From: Acaryochloris thomasi RCC1774
GTDB lineage: Bacteria; Cyanobacteriota; Cyanobacteriia; Thermosynechococcales; Thermosynechococcaceae
Assembly (NCBI RefSeq): GCF_003231495.1
Contig: NZ_PQWO01000006.1
Span: forward strand, 60,001-92,000
Direction of reading: 5' to 3'
Length of the DNA: 32,000 bases
Below, in pieces: positions 16,359-24,452 of the stretch (position 1 is the first letter of the stretch; every line of letters begins with the position of its first letter). The position numbers were made by a program, and so were the translations under genes. The notes beneath the pieces are model-generated. The model made no database searches. It saw only the letters and a program-made list of their open reading frames with translations, and was not told the origin of the DNA.

Positions 16359-18254
16359 ATGGATTCTCACGATCAATCCCTATCCCCCACGAAACGAGCG
16401 CTCCAGGCGATCCAACTTTTACAGGCCAAGGTGGAGGCGTTGGAAAAAGCTAGGGATCAGCCTATTGCTGTTATTGGTCTTGGCTGCCGCTTCCCCGGAG
16501 CCAGTAATCCTTCTGAATTCTGGGAACTCCTTCAAGGTGGCAAGGATGCCATTTCAGAAATTCCCCGCGATCGATGGGATATCAATCGCTACTACAGTCC
16601 TGATCCCGGCAGCCCTGGCAAAATGACCACCCGTTATGGTGGGTTTGTCTCAGATCTCTTGGACTTCGACGCCAAGTTCTTCCGGGTTTCCCCCCGAGAA
16701 GCAATGAGTTTAGACCCCCAGCAGCGACTGCTCCTAGAAGTCAGTTGGGAAGCTCTAGAGAATGCGGGATTGGCGCCCGACTCACTGGCAGACCGTCAGG
16801 TCGGTGTCTTTGTTGGCATCAGCGCTATTGACTACTGGCACCAGCTTCTCAAGCGCGATGCTGACGATATTGATGCTTATTTAATTACCGGCAATACCCA
16901 TAGCGTGGCCTCCGGTCGCATTTCTTATCTCCTAGGGCTGACGGGACCGAGTTTGTCTGTTGATACGGCCTGCTCCTCTTCGCTGAGCGCGATGCATCTG
17001 GCTTGTCAAAGCCTACGTCATGACGAGTGCAGCGTTGCGATTGCGGGTGGGGTGAATGGCATTCTCAATCCAGAGGCCACGATCAACTTTTCCAAGGCCC
17101 AAATGTTGTCCGCCGATGGGCGCTGTAAGTCTTTTGATCAAGCGGCGGATGGTTTTGGTCGGGCTGAGGGATGTGGTGTCGTAGTGCTCAGGCGACTCAG
17201 CGATGCCGTTGCCGATGGCGACAATATCCGGGCGGTGATTTTAGGATCAGCGCTCAACCATACGGGGCGCACCAGTGGTTTGACGGTGCCCAAGGGACCG
17301 GCTCAGCAACAGGTGATTAGAGATGCGATCGCAACCACTAAACTCACCCCCAGCCAGATCAGCTACATTGAAGCCCACGGCACCGGCACTGCTCTGGGCG
17401 ACCCCATCGAACTCGGAGCCTTGCGCGAAGTCTTTGGTCCGCATCGCAGTGAACCGCTCCTCGTTGGATCGGTCAAGACCAACATTGGCCATCTCGAAGC
17501 CGCCTCCGGTATGGCCGGATTGATTAAGGTGGTTCTGTCCCTGCAGCACAGCGCGATTCCCGCCAACCTTCACTTCAAAACGCCGACCCCTCACTTTGAC
17601 TGGAGCCAGCCGCTGCAGGTACCTACGCAGTTGACCCCCTGGCCCTCTTCCGACTCGCCACGGACTGCCGGAGTGAGTGCCTTTGGCTTCAACGGTACCA
17701 ATGCCCATCTGATCGTCTCCGAGCCACCCGATATCTCCATCTCCCAGGTGCCTCCTCTTCCCTATCAGCTCCTCACCCTCTCTGCCCGCAGCGCCCTTGC
17801 CCTACAGCAGCTTATCAATCGCTATATCAACTTTCTCAAGCATCGACCCCAGCTTTCCTCGCTGGGTGAATTGTGCTGGACCGCGAATACCGGACGATCT
17901 CATTTTCCCCACCGCTTAGCTGTCATTGCCGCCTCAGTCTCAGAGCTGCAAAAGCATTTGCTGGCCGTCAGTCAAGGCACAACTCCCACGGGCGTGATTC
18001 AGGGACAGGGGAACAATGCGAGCACTTCCACAGTCCAATTGAGCCATCAACAGATCCAAGTCTCTGGACTCTCAAACAAGGTGCAGAAGATTCCACTACC
18101 GCCGCCCTCTGAGCAGTGGTTGCTTGTTTTGAAGGCTCTTGCTGAGCAGTATGTGATGGGTGCTTCTATCCATTGGCAGACGTCAGGGTTTCAACCGTAT
18201 CGTAAAATTGAGTTGCCGACCTATCCCTTTCAGAGACAGCATTACGGCCTGTGA
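16359..18254 (+). CDS. Stand-alone type I PKS-like beta-ketoacyl synthase (KS plus linker subdomain; no AT, ACP, KR or DH)
   Basis: [43 protein letters not shown] (Cys codon 16971-16973), [14 protein letters not shown] (His 17376-17378), [12 protein letters not shown] (His 17490-17492) and [11 protein letters not shown] are present. The C-terminal ~175 aa resemble the KS-AT linker plus post-AT linker and end [13 protein letters not shown]-stop. I prefer the ATG at 16359 (MDSHDQ...) over the track's TTG at 16326. Confidence 0.85.
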   Translation: MDSHDQSLSPTKRALQAIQLLQAKVEALEKARDQPIAVIGLGCRFPGASNPSEFWELLQGGKDAISEIPRDRWDINRYYSPDPGSPGKMTTRYGGFVSDLLDFDAKFFRVSPREAMSLDPQQRLLLEVSWEALENAGLAPDSLADRQVGVFVGISAIDYWHQLLKRDADDIDAYLITGNTHSVASGRISYLLGLTGPSLSVDTACSSSLSAMHLACQSLRHDECSVAIAGGVNGILNPEATINFSKAQMLSADGRCKSFDQAADGFGRAEGCGVVVLRRLSDAVADGDNIRAVILGSALNHTGRTSGLTVPKGPAQQQVIRDAIATTKLTPSQISYIEAHGTGTALGDPIELGALREVFGPHRSEPLLVGSVKTNIGHLEAASGMAGLIKVVLSLQHSAIPANLHFKTPTPHFDWSQPLQVPTQLTPWPSSDSPRTAGVSAFGFNGTNAHLIVSEPPDISISQVPPLPYQLLTLSARSALALQQLINRYINFLKHRPQLSSLGELCWTANTGRSHFPHRLAVIAASVSELQKHLLAVSQGTTPTGVIQGQGNNASTSTVQLSHQQIQVSGLSNKVQKIPLPPPSEQWLLVLKALAEQYVMGASIHWQTSGFQPYRKIELPTYPFQRQHYGL

Positions 18255-18305
18255 AGATAGCTGTTAAGAGCGTTTATTCCCTTGCTATAATTGGAGAAGT
18301 TTGTA

Positions 18306-18968
18306 ATGACAAACCCCATGCCTAAATCTATGATTGCCGACTCGTTAAAAACTGGACAACGCCTAACTGCTGGCCTCCTCGGACTAGGGTTAGTGTTAGG
18401 GGCCAGTCAAGCGCTTGCGGCCAAGACTCATCCATTCGATGCTCAATCAGGTGAGCGGTTTTCGTCAACTGCAGCTCAGCAGTTAGTCGCAGTTCAGCCG
18501 GGTCAAGTTTCAGTAACCGGTCAAAATGGGCAGTACAGGGGAGAGGTCTTGGTGCAGGCGCCCGCCGATATGGCTTGGAAGGTGCTGACGGACTATGAGA
18601 ACTTTAAAAACTTTCTGCCTAATGTGTCTGAAAGTCGCGTGATCTCCGCTGAAGGCAATCAAAAAGTCTTTGAGCAGGTCAACGTTTTCCGGGTCCTTAC
18701 TTTTACGAAACAGGCTCGGGTCAAGATGGCTTCTACAGAGAGCTATCCCAAGCAGGTCTCTTTTCAAGTCATGGAAGGCGATGTCAAAGATCTGAAGGGA
18801 ACCTGGACGATTTCATCGCCTGCGCCGAATCAAGTCCTGATCAGCCATGAGGTGACCGTTGTTCCCAAGGATTCAGACAACAAGACGATGTTTTTTGGCA
18901 TCTATAAAAATTCACTAAAGAAGACGATCGCAGCCGTGGGCAAAGAGGTTGAGCGTCGCGCACAGTAG
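18306..18968 (+). CDS. Secreted SRPBCC-superfamily protein (polyketide cyclase/dehydrase-like, START fold)
   Basis: The signal peptide is LTAGLLGLGLVLGASQALA-AK. The body VLVQAPADMAWKVLTDYENFKNFLPNVSESRVI...FEQVNVFRVLTFTKQARVKM...LKGTWTI...ISHEVTV fits the Polyketide_cyc2/SRPBCC pattern. I prefer the ATG at 18306 (GGAG 11 nt upstream) over the TTG at 18291. Confidence 0.65.
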   Translation: MTNPMPKSMIADSLKTGQRLTAGLLGLGLVLGASQALAAKTHPFDAQSGERFSSTAAQQLVAVQPGQVSVTGQNGQYRGEVLVQAPADMAWKVLTDYENFKNFLPNVSESRVISAEGNQKVFEQVNVFRVLTFTKQARVKMASTESYPKQVSFQVMEGDVKDLKGTWTISSPAPNQVLISHEVTVVPKDSDNKTMFFGIYKNSLKKTIAAVGKEVERRAQ

Positions 18969-19800
18969 TCCCTTACCCAGCGATACCCACGCCATTATTA
19001 CCGGTGGCTCAAGCGGTATTGGTCGAGCCACGGCAGCGGTGCTCGCCCAGCAGGGTGCGAGTCTAACGCTGATTGCCCGCACCGCATCAAAATTAGAGGA
19101 GACCCGTCAAGCTATTGAACGGCAGGGCCTGCAGAACTCGCAGCAGGTTTTGACGCTCACGGCGGATGTGTCAGATCGCGCCCAGGTAGAGAAGGCGATT
19201 GGAGATGCGATCGCAACCCTAGGTCCGCCCGATCTATTAATTACCTGTGCTGGCATCGCCCACTGCGACTACTTTCAGAACCTATCCCTCGAAATGTGTG
19301 AGCAGGCGATGGCCGTCAACTATTTCGGGTCGCTGTACTGCATTCGCGCTGTCTTACCGGCGATGGAACAGCGGCGTCAGGGTCACATTGTCGTAGTTTC
19401 CTCCGGCGTGGGCTTGATTGGACTGTACGGATACAGCGCCTACAGCCCGACCAAATTTGCTCTGCGGGGACTGGCTGAATCCCTGAGAGGGGAGCTTAAA
19501 CCTTTAGGGATTGGCATCTCTATTGTCTATCCCCCCGATACCGATACGCCCCAACTCGCCCAAGAGAATCTGACTAAGCCTTTAGAAACGCAGCGCATTA
19601 GCAGCACCGCCAAAACTTGGACGGCAGAACAGGTAGCCCACACCATTCTTTCCGGTCTCAAAAACAAAAAATTTATGATTGCTCCCGGTCAAGAGATGAC
19701 GGTACTCGCGCGATTACACAGTCTCATTTCTCCTTTGCTGCATCGCTACTTTGACGGCATCGTGGCTAAAACGCGCCGAGAACGGCAGTCCCATGACTAG
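18949..19800 (+). CDS. Short-chain dehydrogenase/reductase, 3-ketodihydrosphingosine-reductase (KDSR/FVT1)-like subfamily
   Basis: It has the Rossmann motif ITGGSSGIGRA and the catalytic residues SSGVG...YSAYSPTKFALRG (YxxxK). The C-terminal tail LISPLLHRYFDGIVAK resembles the KDSR tail (…FDSIVRR) as I recall it. There is no in-frame ATG upstream of the Rossmann motif. The only canonical start is TTG at 18949, which overlaps the preceding gene by 20 nt. Confidence 0.75.
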   Translation: MSVAHSSPLPSDTHAIITGGSSGIGRATAAVLAQQGASLTLIARTASKLEETRQAIERQGLQNSQQVLTLTADVSDRAQVEKAIGDAIATLGPPDLLITCAGIAHCDYFQNLSLEMCEQAMAVNYFGSLYCIRAVLPAMEQRRQGHIVVVSSGVGLIGLYGYSAYSPTKFALRGLAESLRGELKPLGIGISIVYPPDTDTPQLAQENLTKPLETQRISSTAKTWTAEQVAHTILSGLKNKKFMIAPGQEMTVLARLHSLISPLLHRYFDGIVAKTRRERQSHD

Positions 19801-21577
19801 TTGGCAGCATTTTCTTGATCGAAGCCAGCGCCTGTTTACGCCCAATAACCGCACCTTCTGGTTCCGGCTTAGTTTTATCGCTCCCCTTTACTTTGGCTTG
19901 ATTGCCCTTGGCTACCAGATGTTGGGGCCTGAATATGTTGTTCAAGACGATGCCCGCCAGCATGTGGTGTGGATGCAGCGGTTTGTTGACCCGCAGGTGT
20001 TTGCAGGAGATGCGATCGCAAACTACTATCTCGCCATTGCTCCCCCTGGCTATAAAGGTTTCTATTGGATACTTGCTCAGCTCGGCATTGAACCCCTGCT
20101 CACGGCCAAATTTCTGCCCCTGATTTTGGCGCTGATCACCACATATTTTGCCTATAAACTGGCCCTGAAAATCTTGCCGGTTCACCTCTGCGGCTTCTTG
20201 ACCACCCTCATTCTCAATCAACAAATTTGGCTAGATGATGAACTGATCTCAGCCACACCCCGCGCTTTCTACTATCCGCTATTCACGACTTTTCTCTACT
20301 GTGTGACCCAGCGCGCGCTGATCCCTTGTCTTGCCATTATTGCCTTGCAGGGACTTTTTTACGCTCCGGTAATGCTGCTCAGCGTTGCGATCTTGAGCCT
20401 CCGGCTATTGACCTGGAGACAGCGCTGGCCCCGATTGACGCAGGATCGGAGCCGCTATCTTTTCTGGTTCGCAGGTTGCTCAGTCGCCGCCCTGGTTATT
20501 CTTTTCCTACTCCGTAGTCAGGGTGTCGGTCCCACCGTGACCGCTTTGCAAATGAGAGATCTGCCTGAGTTTGGCCTCCACGGACGCCACGAATATTTTG
20601 ACGTCAACCCCCTCTACTTTTTGTTTCAAGGTAGAAGCGGCCTCAACATTTCTTGGTTTCCCGCCAGTATTCTCATGGGCTTGGCGCTGCCCTTCCTCGC
20701 CATCGGTCGCTTCACTCAAAAAATGACGCCTAATGTTGCCGTCATTTACCAGTCCTTTGCTGCCGCTCTCGGCCTGTATATCCTGGCTCATTTACTGTTG
20801 TTTAAGCTCTACTACCCTAGCCGATATACCTACCACAGCCTCCGGGTAATCCTCGCGCTCGCTGCTGGCATCGCACTGACGATCCTGCTAGAAGCTGGCT
20901 GGTCTTGGATGCAGCACAAACGGCAAACGCAGGCTCCCTTCCACCGTCGAGAGCAGCTTTTGATTACATTCATTGGTTTATTGATCGCCATTGAATTGCT
21001 TGTCCCGGCCCTGCCACCGGTCTTTTTAGCAATGGAAGTCTGGATTGAGGGCCAAGCACCCGAACTTTACACCTTTCTTGCCCAGCAGCCACGCGATACG
21101 GTTGTCGCCACCCTCGCTCCAGAAAGTGATAATTTGGGTGCCTTTGCCCAGCGATCGACGCTCATGGGCCATGAATTCGCCCTCGCCTTGCATCCTCAAT
21201 TCCACCGGGTTGTGCAGCAGCGGATTGCTGCTTTGCTGGACGCACAGTACAGCTCAGATCCAGCCGTTGTGCAGCAAATTATTGATCAATACAGCATTGA
21301 TTTCTTTTTGGTTGAGCATTCTGCCTTTACCCCCGAGTATCTCCTGAGTCAGGATTGGCTTGTTAATCGCTCAGACACGGCTTCAGTCACGAAAGCGATT
21401 CAGCAGATGCGCACAAAGCCTACGAGTTTGCTCTTTCCCAAGGCCCTCACGCCCTGTGGTATTCGTTCGACCCAAGACTGGACTTTACTGGAAACGCAGT
21501 GTCTCAGCCGGTTTCTTGCGACATCTCCGATTACGGACCGCAGCGGGAGAGAAACAGATGATCCACGGGCTAGCTAG
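19793..21577 (+). CDS. Large polytopic membrane protein with a C-terminal soluble domain; possibly a GT-C-type glycosyltransferase
   Basis: 594 aa from the ATG at 19793, which overlaps the SDR stop (ATGACTAG). About 10-12 hydrophobic helices are visible. The first predicted loop carries an acidic DD motif (EYVVQDDARQHVVWMQRF), as in GT-C enzymes. The last ~170 aa are hydrophilic. The function is inferred only. Confidence 0.6.
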   Translation: MTSWQHFLDRSQRLFTPNNRTFWFRLSFIAPLYFGLIALGYQMLGPEYVVQDDARQHVVWMQRFVDPQVFAGDAIANYYLAIAPPGYKGFYWILAQLGIEPLLTAKFLPLILALITTYFAYKLALKILPVHLCGFLTTLILNQQIWLDDELISATPRAFYYPLFTTFLYCVTQRALIPCLAIIALQGLFYAPVMLLSVAILSLRLLTWRQRWPRLTQDRSRYLFWFAGCSVAALVILFLLRSQGVGPTVTALQMRDLPEFGLHGRHEYFDVNPLYFLFQGRSGLNISWFPASILMGLALPFLAIGRFTQKMTPNVAVIYQSFAAALGLYILAHLLLFKLYYPSRYTYHSLRVILALAAGIALTILLEAGWSWMQHKRQTQAPFHRREQLLITFIGLLIAIELLVPALPPVFLAMEVWIEGQAPELYTFLAQQPRDTVVATLAPESDNLGAFAQRSTLMGHEFALALHPQFHRVVQQRIAALLDAQYSSDPAVVQQIIDQYSIDFFLVEHSAFTPEYLLSQDWLVNRSDTASVTKAIQQMRTKPTSLLFPKALTPCGIRSTQDWTLLETQCLSRFLATSPITDRSGRETDDPRAS

Positions 21578-21855
21578 GCTGGAAAGATCGATGCTTCTGC
21601 AGCTTTTGTCGTTTCTCGTAGAGATGACGTTCTGCAAACTCCAAGATGGTCAGATTAGAGTCATCCAAGTACAAGTTGTAAAAAATTGAGTCATAAAGGA
21701 CGACTCCCGATAGATCCATGTGGCAAAAATCCTTTTGACCTGCAAGGTATTTCTCCCAAAACTGCAGGGTTTTCCCAGAGCCAACATGTTCTTTAGAGGT
21801 AGATATTGTGGGTCGCTATCAAAAGGAAACAGAAAGAATCGTCGTTATAAACGGA

Positions 21856-21896
21856 CGGTCACTTTAGCAAAACAATAAGCATTGCTAAAGTGACCG
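21856..21896. repeat. Perfect 15-bp inverted repeat (hairpin) in the AT-rich gap
   Basis: CGGTCACTTTAGCAA (21856-21870), an 11-nt spacer AACAATAAGCA, then TTGCTAAAGTGACCG (21882-21896). There is no U-tract on the plus side and only TTTAT on the minus side. Confidence 0.7.
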
Positions 21897-22268
21897 CCTG
21901 AACTATACCCCCCGAATAATCAGTACAGGTCTTTATCAAATCTGCACTGATATACAGTTCCTAAGCGTCAACGTGAGTGAGGTCAACTTACGACTCAGTA
22001 TTTATTCCTAAGAAGTAATTTTCAAGAACTGCATGTGTCTTTATGATTCACTAATTTTGGGGTTGATTAACTCCTCCAGGTGGGTGGTATTGCCCCTATC
22101 TTCTGGGTGATACTTTCGGTTAAGTTAGTGTCAGAGCACTGTACTGGCTTCATCTGTCACTTTGGTTGAATGGCTTTTGTTAGCGAGGTTTTATTCGCTC
22201 TGAAATGGAGACTGGGTACACTTCTCCTTACTTTTTTGATTGCTCTCTAAGGTGCTAAGTATTTTGCT

Positions 22269-22922
22269 ATGAGTAAAGCTATTCAGCTCCCTAAGTGGCG
22301 TGTATTAATCGTCGAAGATGATCCACTGGTACAGCTTGGTCTTGAACAGGCACTGGTAGACTACGTCGAGCTAACAGTTGTGGGACTGGTTGATGATGGC
22401 TATTTGGCGGTAGAGGCAATTTTGGAAAAACGACCTGATTTGGTCTTAATGGATCTCGGACTGCCGGGCTTAGATGGTATTGAAATCACTCAGCGCGTCA
22501 AGGAAAAACTGCCTGATTTAAAGGTCGTCATTCTAACGTCGCACACCTCTGATGAAGAGGTATTTGCGGCTCTCTCTAGCGGTGCAGATGCCTACTGTGT
22601 GAAAGGCGGGGGGATTGAGCTGTTACTCACTGCGATCGCATCTGTTTCTCAGGGTTCTTTATACTTAGACGTTAAGATTGCCCATACCATTCTGCAAGAG
22701 ATGCGTTCAAGCCCCACCGTAAAGCTTGAACATCCCTTAACTGAGCGAGAGTTTGATGTTTTGAGGCTGTTGGTCGAAGGGTTAAACAACACAGAGATTG
22801 CGGGTCGTCTTTACATCAGCCCCAACACCGTCAAGTCCCATATGCGCGGTCTGATGAGTAAATTGGCGGTGAGCGATCGCGTTCAGGTGGCGGTGAAAGC
22901 TTTACGGGCTGGCTTAGTCTGA
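22269..22922 (+). CDS. NarL/FixJ-type response regulator (REC + LuxR-type HTH)
   Basis: The REC domain shows VLIVEDDPLV and LVLMDLGLPGLDG (phospho-acceptor Asp). The HTH is LTEREFDVLRLLVEGLNNTEIAGRLYISPNTVKSHMRGLMSKLAV. Confidence 0.9.
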   Translation: MSKAIQLPKWRVLIVEDDPLVQLGLEQALVDYVELTVVGLVDDGYLAVEAILEKRPDLVLMDLGLPGLDGIEITQRVKEKLPDLKVVILTSHTSDEEVFAALSSGADAYCVKGGGIELLLTAIASVSQGSLYLDVKIAHTILQEMRSSPTVKLEHPLTEREFDVLRLLVEGLNNTEIAGRLYISPNTVKSHMRGLMSKLAVSDRVQVAVKALRAGLV

Positions 22923-23075
22923 TGCTGCCGATCGCACAAGCAAAAACGACAGTCGAGGCGTTTCTCAACCCTCCCTTGAGAAGGGGTACAGGAAACAGGG
23001 TTTGGCAAAGACGGCCCGACTTATTTGGGGCGCAAACCCTCCATCTATAACGGTACAAGCGAACAAATTGTCCCT

Positions 23076-24434
23076 ATGATTAACAGCACTGTTCTGAAAC
23101 TAGGCAATCTCGACCCGATGGTTTTCGCCCAGGACCGGGGGGAAGGTAAGCAGGCAGGGGCGGCTTGGAAAATTATGCTAGTGGATGATGATGTCTCCAT
23201 TCATCAAGCCACGAAGGTCGCGCTCAAGTTTTTTACCTTTGAAGGCCGATCGCTACACTTTGTCTCAGCCTACTCAGCTCAGGAAGCCAAGAGCTTAATT
23301 CAGTCACATCCTGATACGGCCTTGATTTTGCTCGATGTGATTATGGAAAGTCAGGACGCGGGACTGCAGGTCGCTCAATATATTCGCGAGGTTGCTCAAA
23401 ACTCGATTGTGCGGATTATTCTGCGGACCGGGCAGCCTGGGCAGGTTCCGGAGGAGTCGGTGGTGGTGGAGTATGACATCAATGACTATAAAACTAAGCT
23501 AGAGTTAACGCAGCAAAAGCTCTTTACGACACTGGTTTCAAGTCTGCGATCCTATCGCGATCTGCTGGCGCTCCAGGAGAGCCAGAATGAGCTGGCCCAG
23601 CTTAATCTTGAGCTGCAGCGTTTTAATCAAAACCTAGAGCAGCTTGTTTCTGAGCGGACCCAAGCGCTGGAGCAAAAAAATGATCAGCTCACCCACGAAG
23701 TGCAGGAGCGGCAAAAGGCAGAAGACGCTCTGCGTATTTACCTGCATGCTCTCACCCACGACTTGCGCAACCCGGTAACGGGAATGATGAATGTCGTGGG
23801 CAGCTTACTGAAGCGGCCGACCACGGGTGATGATTCCGCCCCTCAAATACAGATCCCGAGCTCGGTGATCACGCGGATGAAGGCAGGGTGTGATCGTCAG
23901 CTAAAAATGATCAACTCACTGATTGAAACACATGAAATAGAGGTTTGGGGAATCGCACTCCGGCAGCAGCCCTTTGCCCTGGAAACAATGCTACAGGGGT
24001 TGGCAGAGGAATGGGAGCCTAGCTTCAGCAAAAAGCGAATGACGGCAGCTTATCAAATTGAGCCAGGTTTACCTCTGGTCTATGGTGATCGCAATCAAAT
24101 CTGGCGCGTCTTTGAAAATCTGCTGGCCAACGTCATTAAATACAACCCGCCGGGGATTGCCGTATCGGTCACGGTTACGGTAGATGCTGACCCTGCTCGA
24201 CTTCGCTGCGCCGTGACCGATACGGGGACGGGCATCGACGCCAACCAAATCCCGGATTTATTTAAGCTATACCAGCGGGGAAGTACGCGACCCACCCGGG
24301 GGTTAGGCATCGGTCTCTATATTTGTCGCTGCATTGTAGAAGCCCACTGTGGCACGATTGGCATTAATAGTGAGCTTGGTGCAGGCTCTGAATTTTGGTT
24401 CACCTTGCCAACGATGAGAGAAGACTGCTCATAA
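23076..24434 (+). CDS. Response-regulator receiver fused to a histidine kinase (REC, coiled coil, HisKA, HATPase_c)
   Basis: The REC domain shows IMLVDDDVSIH...ILLDVIMESQDAG...RIILRTGQPGQVPEESVVVEYDINDYKTKLELTQQKLF (DUF3369-type receiver as I recall). The H-box is LHALTHDLRNPVTG. The ATPase boxes are NLLANVIKYN, DTGTGI and GLGIGLYICR. I prefer the ATG at 23076 over the track's TTG at 23025. Confidence 0.85.
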   Translation: MINSTVLKLGNLDPMVFAQDRGEGKQAGAAWKIMLVDDDVSIHQATKVALKFFTFEGRSLHFVSAYSAQEAKSLIQSHPDTALILLDVIMESQDAGLQVAQYIREVAQNSIVRIILRTGQPGQVPEESVVVEYDINDYKTKLELTQQKLFTTLVSSLRSYRDLLALQESQNELAQLNLELQRFNQNLEQLVSERTQALEQKNDQLTHEVQERQKAEDALRIYLHALTHDLRNPVTGMMNVVGSLLKRPTTGDDSAPQIQIPSSVITRMKAGCDRQLKMINSLIETHEIEVWGIALRQQPFALETMLQGLAEEWEPSFSKKRMTAAYQIEPGLPLVYGDRNQIWRVFENLLANVIKYNPPGIAVSVTVTVDADPARLRCAVTDTGTGIDANQIPDLFKLYQRGSTRPTRGLGIGLYICRCIVEAHCGTIGINSELGAGSEFWFTLPTMREDCS

Positions 24435-24452
24435 TTTTCGAGTCCGCTTCTG

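Noticed and set aside
18949-19800. Calling the SDR a bona fide 3-ketosphinganine reductase and the cluster a sphingolipid pathway
   Set aside because: The similarity is recalled rather than computed. The window contains no serine palmitoyltransferase, alpha-oxoamine synthase or ceramide synthase. Only a KDSR-like subfamily label is defensible.
21360-21689. 109-aa plus-strand ORF that spans the end of the membrane-protein gene and runs into the gap
   Set aside because: It is out of frame with, and mostly inside, the 594-aa gene. It has an R/S-rich shadow composition and a non-ATG start.
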